A stretch of 64,000 bases of DNA from Raillietiella orientalis (Eukaryota), in assembly GCA_036172245.1 (NCBI GenBank), contig JAYWIR010000056.1, positions 248,001 through 312,000 on the forward strand, read 5' to 3'. Positions 13,900 to 25,712 of the stretch are shown one piece after another (position 1 is the stretch's first letter; each line of letters starts with the position of its first letter). The position numbers and the translations under genes are program-made. The notes below the pieces were generated by a model that saw nothing but the letters and a program-made list of their open reading frames with translations, did no database searches and was not told the origin of the DNA.

Positions 13900-14142
13900 C
13901 TTCTTGTCGAGGCTCGTCGCCTGGAATGTCAGCGCGAGAGTGATCTGCCGGAACCTGTTGGCGCATACGATGGAGAAGGCGAAGTCGAGCTTGATGTTGT
14001 TGAGCTCGCAAGACTTCAGGTCCAGCACTACCAACCGGTCCCACGACAACGGTTGCCGGAATACGGTGTACTTCACGGAGGACTCCGTCGTCGCGAGCGC
14101 CATCTGCTTGTTCCAGGATTCCGTCAGCGAAAGAGCCGATTT
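13900..14142 (-). CDS. PLEKHG7: PLEKHG7-like PH exon (KSALSLTESW...YTVFRQPLSWDRLVV...FAFSIVCANRFRQITLALTFQATSLDKK)
   Basis: Acceptor tctccacag|AAA, donor AAG|gtgagc, 243 nt, phase 0/0. QPxxxDRL, NRF and FQA motifs of the PH domain. Confidence 0.92.
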
Positions 14143-15469
14143 CTGTGGAGAACAAAAAAGCCCCTTAGACATGAAGGAACACAGAGGGGAGGGGAGAGGG
14201 GGGGTTAAGAAGAAGAACAGCGAATAGAGTCACCGCTGTCGATGAACGCTGCGAAAGAACCTGAACGCCTCGAACAGTCAACAGTTTGAACGTTGATATG
14301 TTGTCCGAAGTTACCAGGCAACGGCACTCCCGAAATCTGATTTCAAGCTCGCCAGGCAAGATTGCGCCGGGACCTATTCGCGGAGTGCAAGTTTATCCTC
14401 TGAACTGAGGACTCTCAGAACGAAAATCCCACTTCATCAGTGCTGAAAAGTTTTCCAGGGTGACGCAGATTGCTGAAATGTTGCTCGACTCGGAGGCAGG
14501 TCTGGAGCTCAGCAAATGAAAAATGACAGTCCCGGCATCTGTAGATAAAAGCACGAGACCGAATCGAGCCTGACCAGAGGCTGCACCGGGCTAGATTCCT
14601 TGTCTTTAACGCTAATCACCTGACTGGTTCTCCACTTTAGCAGGATCAGAAGTAATTAATTTATGGATTCATTAAATCAGAGGTCTACCGGAAAGGATCA
14701 GAGTATCAATTACCGCAATTCCATTTTATGGAGATACCCCACGTGCGAATGTCGGAAAATTCCCTTCCCTGCTCGATGCATCTCACAATTTTGTACTCAT
14801 TTCAACCGACGCCGTCTGCCCTATAATTCCAGAGTTCACTTGCTGTGACTTCGCAGCTTCTTCAGAATGGACGTTTCACGGTTCGGCATGAGCCTTTCTG
14901 GTGGGTTAAATTGGATTGGATTATGAATTTTGAGCTGTTCCTTTGCAGGGAAGCATTTGCTAGGGACCGCGGGGTCAGATGCTGCAAGTTCTCAGAGCAT
15001 CTTCGTTCCGTGCCATGACGTAATTTTCAAGTATCGCCGACGTGGTGCATCCGTGCACGCCTAAGGCGCGTGTCGAAAGTTTTTGAGCGTCTGCACCCGA
15101 AGATCATCTTTTATCAGTGCTGGGAAAAACACATAAGATCACAAAGCCTTTAGGGAATCGGGACCGAGGTATCATTTTGTAAGATCAAAGTCTGTTCTTT
15201 CTACGGCCACTCGGGATCAGGGATTTTCGTTCATCCCAGCGTCTTCCACACCGAAATACACGAAGCCTTCCATCAAGAGGAAGGGTTTGATGTTTCCCAG
15301 AGGACAGGAAAAGTATGGCTCTTTGGAAACGGGTTCTTGGATTCCTTGGAAATGAGTTACAAGGAACACCATCTTCTCTAAGCGTGTGAGCAGAGAATGC
15401 ATGGGAAAATTGAATAACAGTAGCTTTTTGAAAGACAAGGTGAAAATAGAAATCGTTATGGTGTGGCAG

Positions 15470-15625
15470 CTTGTAGTAGCACACCATCAAACAAAAACAC
15501 CTCAATGCTTTTCCGGAATCGTAGCCAGAGGTCCAGCAACCAGAGGTCCTTCCAGGAGTATGCGCCTCCGCGGGCTTACTATTATTCGCTCACACGGCTG
15601 AGTTTTTCGATGATGTTTGATAACC
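15470..15625 (-). pseudogene. Decayed duplicate (pseudo-exon) of part of the 19019-19314 exon
   Basis: Shares cttactattattcgctcacacggctgagttttt with ~19149-19181. Translates VIKHHRKTQPCERIIVSPRRRILLEGPL, then frameshifted YDSGK and FLFDGVLL. Confidence 0.85.
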
Positions 15626-16109
15626 AAGACTTGCGGAAGGCAAAACAAATAGATGGAGTCTTCATACTTCTGGAAGCTGGTAACTAAGGCGTTGTGTAAT
15701 TAAGGTGTTTCCGGTATACACCGGGAAGTGAAAATAAAAGTCGTCGAGCCCATGGGTGTGATGCCATAGCTTGGATCCGGAGGAAGATGAGAAAGAAATT
15801 CTGCTGACAGGCAGTGGCGGAGTAAGAGGTAGATAAACAAGGAAATGCAACCAGGTGTTTTAGGTGAGGAAAGGTGGCCAAGATTGCCGTTGGATTCAAA
15901 ACAAGACAGAATCCTCCACGATAACACATTTCGGCGTGAGAGATGAAGCCATGGATTCGCCCAGTGAGGACTGGTCGGCATCGGTAAGTGTCACAGAAGC
16001 AAGACTACGGGATACACGAATTTCCCTCGATCCTTTTCTTTTTTTCTTTAAAAAAAAAATGGTCAGTAGCGACCTCACGGGGAGATCGTTATTATTGGCA
16101 TAGGATGAT

Positions 16110-16890
16110 AGAAATCCTTGTGGGTTCTTCTGCTTTCGCTGCTTTCCTTCCAGTTTTTTTTTTGGGGGGGGGGGTGTTCCTTTTTAGTTTTCAAGGAGTG
16201 CTGAGGAGCCGTACACCTCCTTAGGGATGGCTGACGAAGCTCTTTAGCGCTGTCCACTCCACCCGAAGGTGCATGCAACTCTTCAATTCAGGAGGCAACC
16301 CAGGAAGGATCACCTTAGAAGGTTCCGGAGGAAAGAGTCCGTTTCCTCTCACGCTTGCTAGGGAACCCCAAAGGGGAACCTCGTCCCGGTTGCCTCCGAA
16401 GCGAATCCCCGTAGGGGTCATTCCTGTTTTTTTCTCCGGAGGGAACCTGCAAGGGAACCGCTGCTTGTTTGCTCCTCTGAAGAGAACTCCAGAGGGACGC
16501 TTCCGAATTTCCCTGAGGGTCTCTCCCTGAAGAGAGCAGCGCGCCTCTTGGACACTCTGGAGGCAGTCCCCTGAGGGGGTATCAGCCAGCTCCATGGCAC
16601 ACGATGGAGGGTTTCCTGCCGAGCAAGGGAGGGACGGTTCCATTTTCACAACCAGAGGGGAACCCAGAAGAGCTCCTTTACTCCAGTAAGGTCCCCGGAA
16701 GGTTAGCTTTCAGCCCCGGAGTGTCAACGGGAACATCCGGTTTTCGGATTCCCCCGAAGTGCCGCACCCGAAAACAATAAGCCAACCAGCGGAGGGAACT
16801 CGAAACCCACGACTGCACCCCCCATTCTCGGCGTCGATCCTTCCCCGGGCGGAATTCGAACCGGCGACGCTTGGCACCACAGCCTCAACT
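16110..16890 (-). mobile_element. tRNA-derived SINE-like element, family A copy 1 (intronic)
   Basis: B-box GGTTCGAATTCC (16851-16862, minus). The ~750-bp body aligns by eye to 44870-45640 and to 56390-56530 plus 57265-57760. Confidence 0.65.
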
Positions 16891-19018
16891 CGACTTTTCT
16901 AGGGCGATTCCGGTTGCGAAGCAAAACCTGGTCAAAACGGAACGCAACCTTTTTGGTTTTGTCGGGAATTCCAAGAAACTTGGCTGGGCTATTGGAGAGG
17001 CTGAAAACGAGAGTGTTCTCCGAGGCGGTTCCTGCGGCCGCTCACTTCTCCCACTGGAACTGCATAGCCGAGGATAAAATTTGCGACGGGATGTTCACTG
17101 GACGTCTCCACGACGTGGCCTCTTTTTAGGTCAGAGGATGGAAACGCCCGTCGAGTGCACTCCGGAACGTTGCCACCCCGAACTCTCATTCGGAAACCAT
17201 AGAGGAGTTTTCCTGGTTTCATCTCGCGCGGGCACCTTCTTTGCTTTCTCGAGTCTTCTTCCCTCTTGCGTGCCACGGAGGGCGGTGAAGTTGTCCGTTC
17301 GGGATCTGTGACTGGAGCGCTTGTTCCTGGTTCCCAAGAGGAAGAGGAGGAAGGGAGGCTGGAGAGAAGACGGTAGTAGCGGAGGCAGCAGCAGCAGCAG
17401 TAAGACGAGGAAGATGGGGAGGAGCCCCATCTTCCGAAGGAAACACCCGCTTCCCTTATTCTGCTAGTTTGCTGTTCTCGGTATTTGCGGGGAAACTCAG
17501 CTCTCCCGGAAACTCTTGAGCCGCGTTTCTTTCGAAATGACCTGCAAGCAGCAGGATGTCTGCAGGTGATTCCAAATCTCTGAGAAACGGAAAAGGCACA
17601 ACAAGACGAGGGAAGCTCACTCGATGTGAGGTCATCAGACATGGATCATCAATCATAGAATCGCTCTGTTGATGAGCTTTCTTGATGTGTCACTAGCAGT
17701 TGCTCAAGGCTCATGAATAGAGGCCTTCAATTTCCACGAACCTACCGTCGAGAGAGAAGATGTGAACCGTCGAGACAAGTAAACATTTTCTTTTGTTTTT
17801 AGTTTTCATAGAAAAGAAAGGAAGGCTCCACTCCCACTTCAGCCCTTCTTCATCCCATCGCAACCTGCATCTGGGTGGAAGGTGTTTCACGAAAGACTTT
17901 TCGAAACAGCATCTTTGAAGAGAGTGCCATCACCGTCGATGGATTCTCAGAATGGACAGCTCGAACGAGCAGCCAGGCGAAGGCCTTCCGGGTAGGGGCG
18001 CCGCTTCGCGGAACCCCATGATTATGTAAAAGGGTTGCAGTGAAAACGAAGTCCTCCATCACGAAATTTTGTTCGAGACTGCGTTCTTTGATAGCGCCTT
18101 TTCCCTTCTCGCATCAGTTGCTCTGCGCAAAAGAGCCTCAAACTTTCCTCTCCCAATGACTTCCGTTTCTCATCTGTAATTCTTCAGCAGTCGAGACCAA
18201 GCACACCTCTTGCCAGGCTTCAGGAAGCGAGTAATCTCCATTACTTGGAAACTATCAAACCCTTTTCAACGGAACAAAAGAAATGCAGACCCAGGATGCA
18301 CGGAGAGGCATTCCAGCACAATCAATCCGTGAAGCAGAGTGAAGTTTCTACGTGCGTTGTAATTACATCGTCCATCCTCTAATTGCACCATCTCACTGTA
18401 TGCAGGTCAGTAGTTTGAAGCGAAGACTAAATCTGGAATTTCTTGTGAAGACAGAAGGATGGTCCACGCATAGAGAGATTCAGCTGCATGAAAAATCAAG
18501 TGAAAATGACTATCGTTTTCCTAAGATTGCTCTTGTATGAACGAAGAACCCACCCATCTTTCTATTTGATCTCGCAAATGGTATCGGAGCCGTGCTGCTT
18601 CACTTGGGAGCACTGGTGCTTTACTGGAAGTGGCTGCCAGTTAGGGTAGTCTATGGAGGATTCCAGCTAGCCACCAAGGCGAGATTCGGATTCCGAAGTC
18701 CCGGGTGCCTCCCGGGTCACTGCCACGCAATAGATCAGTGAACGGGAGTGGTCACCGCCGGGTCGTCAAGCAGGCATCATCATCGTTCCTTGCCTTAGCG
18801 ATTTGAGAAAAATTCACGGCTTCCCTTTCACCGCGGCGTTTCCCCTGAATCCCCAACCTCAAATGTTTGGGAGGCATTACCGGGAAGAAACAGTCATGAA
18901 ACCGAATGGTAACGACCGTGAACTCATCGGAATCGCACGGTACGAAAGCTCATTTACCGTTTTTGAAATTCCGTAGGTCACGGCAGAAGCACATCGTCTC
19001 AACTGACAGCCAACTTAC

Positions 19019-19314
19019 TCGTTTGCAGATCGTCTTCTTCCTTCTTGTCATGAGTAGCATGTCGTCAAACAAAAACAGGTACATCTCAGATGGTTTTCCC
19101 GAGTCGTAGCATATCAGCGGTCCTTCCAGAAGTATCTGCCTCCGAGGACTTACTATTATTCGCTCACACGGCTGAGTTTTTAAGTAAGGTTTGATAACCT
19201 CAGGGATACAGCATTTAGGATCCATTTCCAGAACTGACGGCCAGTAGATGTTTCTCTGTATCTGCAGGAGTCTTTCGAAATTTTCCAACCACTTCATCTT
19301 GTCTTCCAGGTCTC
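19019..19314 (-). CDS. PLEKHG7: PLEKHG7-like exon: DH end and PH start (RDLEDKMKWLENFERLLQIQRNIYWP...RQILLEGPL...YLFLFDDMLLMTRRKK)
   Basis: Phase-1 acceptor cttttacaaaag|GA completes AGA, donor CGA|gtaagt. KWLxNF, LLxEGxL and YLFLFxD are typical of the PLEKHG5/6/7 PH domain. Confidence 0.94.
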
Positions 19315-19789
19315 CTTTTGTAAAAGAAAAAAGTCATTTTCAAAAGCAAGCAGTCTCCGTCTGCCTGGAAAAGACACGTTCCTTATGTCATCAAAGATTG
19401 CCCGAACGACGAGCGGATGAGGGCCAGTCGCAAAGATAAAACCGCAAGCCGTTCCGATCTCTTCGCTTTTGTTACAGAGAGCTGGAAAATTTTCAAGCTA
19501 ATTACTGAATTCCGCGCGACTCTGATGGAAGCGAAAGGATCTCATCTTGGAGATGGAGTGGAACTTTAGCGGCGTTACTTGGCGTTCCGGCACGAAGGTG
19601 TGACCGCTCTTTTAAAGGTAAATTAGGCAGCACGAGTACATCGGAATCCGAAAAGTGACTTTAAAACCGGCACTTTCCGTCTCAGAGGAAGACTCTCAGG
19701 GCATCGACTGGACCCTCTGGTCAATAAAGCGATTCATTTATTTACTTTCCGGTGTTATCAACTGTAAACACGAATCCAAGTAAAAATAC

Positions 19790-19964
19790 TTAAACATTTC
19801 TCCTGCTTCTCCAGGCATTTGGACGCAGCTTCTTTTTCTTCAGGGCTTTCGGAGTGACTGTCAATGTCTCTTAAGAACAGAGGGATTCTCATTACGTGTT
19901 GCACTGGAGCTACGAGCAAATCGAGCAACTGCAATTTCTTGCATCTGGGATCACGATTGCACCA
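19790..19964 (-). CDS. PLEKHG7: PLEKHG7-like DH exon (WCNRDPRCKKLQLLDLLVAPVQHVMRIPLFLRDI...EKQEKCL)
   Basis: Acceptor aattcccag|TGG, donor A|gtattt (phase 1). Contains the DH CR3 motif LxDLLVAPVQxxxRxPL. Confidence 0.93.
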
Positions 19965-20099
19965 CTGGGAATTCAAGAAAGAAGAAAACATGTGATCGGC
20001 TGGCGTATGGTGGGGGGGGGCGGGAGGGAAGGAAAAAAAAAAAAAAAAAAGAAGGAAATAGTGAATTCTGTATCAGCATTGGCATGCAAATTATAAGCA

Positions 20100-21000
20100 G
20101 TCATCAGTTGATTAACCGTTCAAAACATTGTGAGCAGTTGCTTTTCAGAGCCGGAATGCCAGAAAATCCCTGCGATTCCCCTTTCGTCTGCTTCCTAATT
20201 CCAGGCTGAGGTCCGCTGCCGCTGAAAGCGCACGCCTGTCCGTCCCACTAGAAAAGCAGCAACGCCATACAGCCAAAATCTTAATGCCCACTCCGGGATG
20301 CCACACCGGGAAAACAGCGGTGAATGAAAGAGAAAATGCCTCCATAGCCTCAATGCCTTCTTATCTGCTGCATAGGGTGCTAAAGGGAGAGCGTCGTTGC
20401 AGCCAAAGGATTATGAGGAAACTCAGACCGGCGCCTTGCTGATGGAAACGTCTCAAAATCAGGAATTCAGGAAAACGATGAAATGTGGAGGGACGTGTTC
20501 CGTTCCGGAACGGATTAAATGCTTCTGTTTGCTAAAGCTCATTCGCTTCGGTTCCGAGTGTGACGTCATCGCAAAAAAATCCCACGTGCTTTTTGCCTTC
20601 GCGCGGCTCGCAATGCTCATCACCGCATCCATCGTCTTCAGCATCCCCGATCCTGCAACTGGTGTGCTGGCCCTGGGCTTTCGGAAAAATTATGCCGATC
20701 CGTTGAGTGCCGCTACAGCAAGAGTTCAACTATCATCTTCCGGAGGAAGAAAATTCATTATCGGGATTACGTTGAAAGATGTTGGGCTATTCAGAAGAAC
20801 GCAGAATACGCCACTCCTCAGTGTGTCCTACTTTTGCGACCGAAGGTGTCCCAAACGAAAAGATCTGCAATGCAAATTTGGGCTCTGTCGTGGAGAGGAC
20901 TCTGTACTTCATTGGTACAAACAATCTGTTGTCAGGTAGCCTTTGCATCTCGCCTCTCTGTCCTCTCCTATTTCACAAGTGCCTGCAGCTGCAATCTGGA
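20100..21000 (-). mobile_element. Intronic LINE linker fragment
   Basis: VMSIASRAKAKSTWDFF (ORF 20459-20644) resembles the L1/Tx1 IRSRAKW...T.YFF linker motif. Confidence 0.35.
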
Positions 21001-22420
21001 AACACTTATAGATTGATTTTCTGGATTGATTTTTCTGCACAAAGGGACCTTTTTTTTTTTTCTTCTTCTTTTTTTTTTTTTTACTCGCTCACTTCAGGCA
21101 TCCAGAAAGACTCTTCTCGGAAATTCAATTCTTTGTGGTTTATCTACACGGAGATCATGACGCAGACTCTTCTGCTTCCGAATGAAATTCCCGAAGCAAA
21201 GCATTCTTTGATGAAGAAGGACACGGAGGGAGGATTCAGTAATCTCATATCACACGCGAGTCTTCTTCCGTATTTCTGATCACACAAAAAATACAGGTTC
21301 GCCTCGGAGGAGTCTTGACGAAAAAAATGCGCTGCGGATCCATTCCCATTTGGAATCTTCTTTCCTCTTTTTGCTTCAGATTTTAATGAAGGTTCTCAAA
21401 TCACCGGGAGACCTGGAGGAGGAGTATTCCATGCAAATCCCTCATCTCATTTCTTGTGTTGAAAACAAAAAATGAAGAAAAAAAAAGAAAAAAAGAAAAA
21501 CCCAAGTGATGGAAAAATTTCCTGCAAGAACGAGATTGGAGATCAGCACCATTCTGAAGCGAGACGACTTCCGAGAGAATGGGGGCAGAGTTTTACAAGT
21601 GCCAGACCTCCGTTTCAAGATAGATGAGTTACACATTGGATCGGATGATAAAGTATACTCCTTGGCTCATTGCTGATGAGTCCCCTTTGTCTTCAATACC
21701 CGAATTGGCAGCTTGGGGGAAATTCGAGACTGCGAGGGGGGCAGAGATTCTCGAGTTGAGAATGCGGCCAACATAGTAGCAGCCACACCTTCTGTGTGGG
21801 GATGGCCAAGAAGTATGCGCGGCTGAAGTCCAGGGATGGTTCAGACTAAACTTGGGCTGAGATTCCCATGGGGTGGACGAAACCCTTCCTGGTATCTTGG
21901 ATGGTGGATCCCTTTCAATCATTTCATCGCGCATTGTATCTTCGCGAAATCAGGGACTCTTGATGAGCTTAGGTGCTGCGGTTCTTTGCTTTCTCTGATC
22001 AAAGGGCGTTCTCCATCTATGCGGATCAGATGTAATTCACGCGAGCATACCAGAATTCTATTTCCAAGCTGCGTGCATTCTCGAACTTTCTTTCTTCTAC
22101 GACGAGAATACCGCTGGCTCTGACGAAAATCCAAAGGTGGCAATTGGCCACAACCTTCGAATGAGATCTTTCCTTCTTATGACAGTCCCTCGCTTTATGA
22201 ATTGGTCCGAATTTAAGAAGAAGAGGAAAACGTTGTCGCCATCCCTCTTCGCGAGACAACAAGAGATTCCGGCACTCTTCTTTCACCGTTTCTCGTGCTG
22301 ATTTCGCACTCGTTTGATTTCGCTCCTCTCCCACCTTGGAAGAGTCACTCTGATGAGGAAGGCTTTGAGTCACGTTACGAAAAAAAAATGCTGGAAAGAA
22401 GAGGGAAATGCGATCGTTAC

Positions 22421-22537
22421 CTTTTCAAATTCCATGAATTCCATGTGTTTCCTTAGGATTTCGAGGTAGTTGAGGGCGTTGATGTAATTCAGGATGTATC
22501 TGTCGAAGGACTCTTTCATCTTCTCGTACAGCTTGCA
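22421..22537 (-). CDS. PLEKHG7: PLEKHG7-like DH exon (CKLYEKMKESFDRYILNYINALNYLEILRKHMEFMEFEK)
   Basis: Acceptor gcctttcag|TGC, donor AAG|gtaacg, 117 nt, after a 53-nt intron. YxLNYxxAxxYLExLR is a DH motif. Confidence 0.92.
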
Positions 22538-22590
22538 CTGAAAGGCAACATCGCTTTGCTTTCAATGCACGGGAGAATTACAACACGCAC

Positions 22591-22692
22591 TTCTAGAAAC
22601 AGCTGGATGAGGACTCTGGAGATTTGAAGTTCCCCTTTAAGAGTCATGTCCAGGAGGAGTTTAAGGAAATGCTTGCCGAAAGCCAAACAAAT
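22591..22692 (-). CDS. PLEKHG7: PLEKHG7-like DH exon (ICLAFGKHFLKLLLDMTLKGELQISRVLIQLFLE)
   Basis: Acceptor ccttttctttttag|ATT, donor GAA|gtgcgt, 102 nt, phase 0/0. Fills the expected ~34-aa helical gap in the DH domain. Confidence 0.85.
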
Positions 22693-22999
22693 CTAAAAAG
22701 AAAAGGCAAGGAATAGAGAACAGATGCATGGAGGAAGCATCACGGTGGAGGGGTGGATTGATTAGTAATATTAAATTTGAGGCTGAGGTCTCCAATTTAG
22801 GGCAATTATTCCACCGAGGAGCACCCCAGGAACAGCTGAAAACACACACATTGCTTGGTGTTCCCATGGCTTGGATGGCTACTCGCACGGTTTCCTTGAG
22901 GTTTTTTTTTTTTTTTTATCATTATCACTTCGTGGTGAAGATCGTGCTTTTAAGGGTGCTCTTGTGTTTGCTGGATTTTGGGAGACAAGTTCTTGACAG

Positions 23000-24500
23000 T
23001 ATCTTAGAGCCCTTTGAAGTTGAGGTGCGCAACACTGAACACTGGACACTCATAGGAAACCGAGCTTCCTGTTTCCAGCACAAGAATCGGTTTTCCGGAG
23101 GCTGAAATCGCGGCATGATGTGGTGGAAGTCGGCCATAAGAGACGGAACGACCACCAGCTGGGAAAAGCTCATCGTTCGCAGGCGCACACTACGTCTTCG
23201 GCAGTCGCTTCAGACTTTCCGAATGGCAGTAAAGGATGTCAGAGAGAAACTTTGCCTCCACATCGAGCCACGCGAGCCACCGAAGGCTTTCCGTGGACGT
23301 AACAAGAACTGACAACTTCTCCGCACAGTATGCGCTGGAGAAGTGGTGCGATTAATCTGCTGCCTGGAAGACAGCTTGCGAACTTTATCTGGCAAAAGCT
23401 TTTGGCGGCTGCAGAGGGAACGCTTTTCTTCGGAAAGTTCTGGGGGTTATCGTTCGCTTGGAAAACAAGAGGACCTTGCGTGGAAATAATGACCGGATCT
23501 CAAGTCCCATCCACAGACAGAAGCACGGGAAGTGCGGACACTGGAGTGGAGCATTCGGAATTTTCCAATCCGCCTTTTTTCTTTCCACTCCTTCCGTGTC
23601 ACTGTCCATCCCGTCATCTGACAAAGTACTCGGCTTGTAGAGTCGTACAAACACCATATAAAGGAAAGCTGGTCTCCCGAAGGTCTATTATGGACAAGCA
23701 GCCGAAAAACAGGAGGATTCCTCGTTGGAAATTCTTTCGGGGAAAGAGCAGCTGAGCCACCCAGCGCTGGCTCTCTGGTGTATTCCTTCGCACTGTTTTA
23801 AAATGTTCCTTGCCCAGATGCGAGACTATCTACGGAAAATAGTCTACGGGAACGAAGCTTCTCCCGGGAAATCATCTGCGGCAGTTTCGGCGGATCGAGC
23901 GACTAAGCGCTTGGCAATCTCTTCGACTTGGATAGTACGTCCAACAGCCGCTTGTCGGTAGCACTGTTCCGTGACAACCTGCCAGGAGAACTGTCAGGTA
24001 AAACGTGTTCGCCCTTGTCGCAATGGTGACTGGCTAGGAACGTTGAGCTTTCGAACGAATAACGTCGTCAACAGAATGATCTTCAGGCCGCCACATGCCT
24101 GCCTCCAAGTGATCTCCTCTAACTGAATCACCTGTTATGGACTGAAAGGTGTTTGGAAGGAGAAGCTTGCTGAAGCTGCTTCCAAGAACGGGATGGGAAT
24201 GCTCGCAAACAGCACAGATTTTCCTCCCTCTCTCTTCTCGGTGAGGATTGAGTGCTCCGTACGCATGGCAGGAACACTTGGTGCTCCGTCAAATCTCGCG
24301 CACCTTGGGTAGCACCCTCTCTTGAGCGTCCCGGAAGGAACTAGGGCTGCCTCTAAGTGCTGGATGGGAATGTTATCCAGTGCTTAGAGGCTCCATATAT
24401 CAGCAAGGTCAACCACAGGAACTCCTAAGCCCACCTTTTTCGCCAGTGGGAATCGCCCAGCTAAGCTGAGGGTCGCTTGCTGGTCACGGTCAACGTATTT
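23000..24500 (-). mobile_element. Intronic LINE ORF1-end / endonuclease fragment
   Basis: EQCYRQAAVG (~23940-23975, knuckle-like) followed by IIDLRET (~23670-23690, IxxLQET-like). Confidence 0.3.
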
Positions 24501-24974
24501 AATCTGAGCTCCTGTTTCGATTTCTTTTGATCTCTTTCGTCAGAGAAGAGTGAAACACGGCACCAGAGAAGCTGATCCTCGGGGACTTTGCTTCCATCCA
24601 TCGATGGAGTTCCCCGTGTCCACGTGGATTCGCTTCATCTCGACCTCTCCGATCAAAAAAACTCCCGTCCGATCGTCACGCTGGCGTCAACCTATGCGGC
24701 TCGTCTTGAGCTGTGCTCCCGCGACTTCCGTCTCCGATGGACGGACTGGATCCAAGTTCCGGGAAGAGGGGGAGGAAAACTGCAACTCTGTCCGAAGCCA
24801 GCTGGCTCTGACCTTGAGCTGCCGGAGCGGTGATGGGCGCCTCGGAGAGTCAATGATCCGCGAAAGCTCTCGCGGATGGCGAAGTGCTCAGAGTCTGCGT
24901 CGCTCCGGGTCTGTCCGCGAGTCGACCGCGACCTCCCCAGCGCACGCACGAAGCCTTCATCTTGCCCACCGTAC

Positions 24975-25070
24975 CGTGCTCAGCTCCTCCAGGTCCCCGA
25001 AGAGCAGCTCGGGTTCGGCGTACATCGTGTACCCTTCCACCTGGATCTTTTTCAGCGGTTCCATGTATAC
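24975..25070 (-). CDS. PLEKHG7: PLEKHG7-like DH exon (VYMEPLKKIQVEGYTMYAEPELLFGDLEELST)
   Basis: Acceptor ctccttctag|GTA, donor ACG|gtacgg, 96 nt, phase 0/0, after a 54-nt intron. LFGDLEEL matches the DH LFxNLEEL motif. Confidence 0.92.
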
Positions 25071-25124
25071 CTAGAAGGAGAGAGAGCCAGAGTCGACGGT
25101 CGCTGCTGGGTGCCAGGCACTCAC

Positions 25125-25712
25125 GTTTTTTAGGACCAGCAGGTAGTCGTACACAAAGATGATATGCGACTGGAACAGATCCCACAGGAGCTCCTGTGTC
25201 CTCCTGGCCTTCGGAGGAAGCGACAGCCTGGAGTTGGAGCTGTAGGCCGGGACCTTCCTCAACTCCTGGCTGACGTCACCTCCCTCCTCGCTGCTGCTCT
25301 GCGTGTCCTTGAGGAGCGGCCTCGCCGAGGAGACCACTTCCCTCGTCTCGCCGCAACCCGCCCTCGGATCCTCGAGGGAAGCCGCGGCAGTGGCAGAGTC
25401 CTCCCGGTCGTCCTCCGAGCACTCTTCCCCTTCGGCATCCAGCGAGTATGAGGCGTGAAGAGGCCTCATGGGACCGCCTTGCGGAGGAGAAGGCGGGCGC
25501 GTCTGAGAGCCCCTCTCCTCCGCTTCGGCAGACGCCGAGCGCCCCTGGTTCGGGAGAGAATCTCTCAGCCTCTCCCGGAACTTCTGGAACGTCATCCCTT
25601 TGTAAGTGCAGAGCTCCGTGTCGCGGACGCTGCTCGTCTTCAGGGTTTTCAGGACGTTTTCCAGACCGGACATGGTCTCCGACTTCCTCCTGCTCGAGGC
25701 TCCCTTGTCAAA
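25125..25712 (-). CDS. PLEKHG7: PLEKHG7-like exon: N-terminal linker and start of DH domain (FDKGASS...QELLWDLFQSHIIFVYDYLLVLKN)
   Basis: Acceptor ctttgcag|TTT, donor AAC|gtgagt, 588 nt open. The end resembles the DH CR1 helix of PLEKHG7 (WELFxSE..LLVLK). Confidence 0.88.

Noticed and set aside
17385..17400. Short (CAG)n tract in ORF 16989-17642
   Set aside because: Intronic microsatellite of about five units; the ORF is low-complexity and unsupported.
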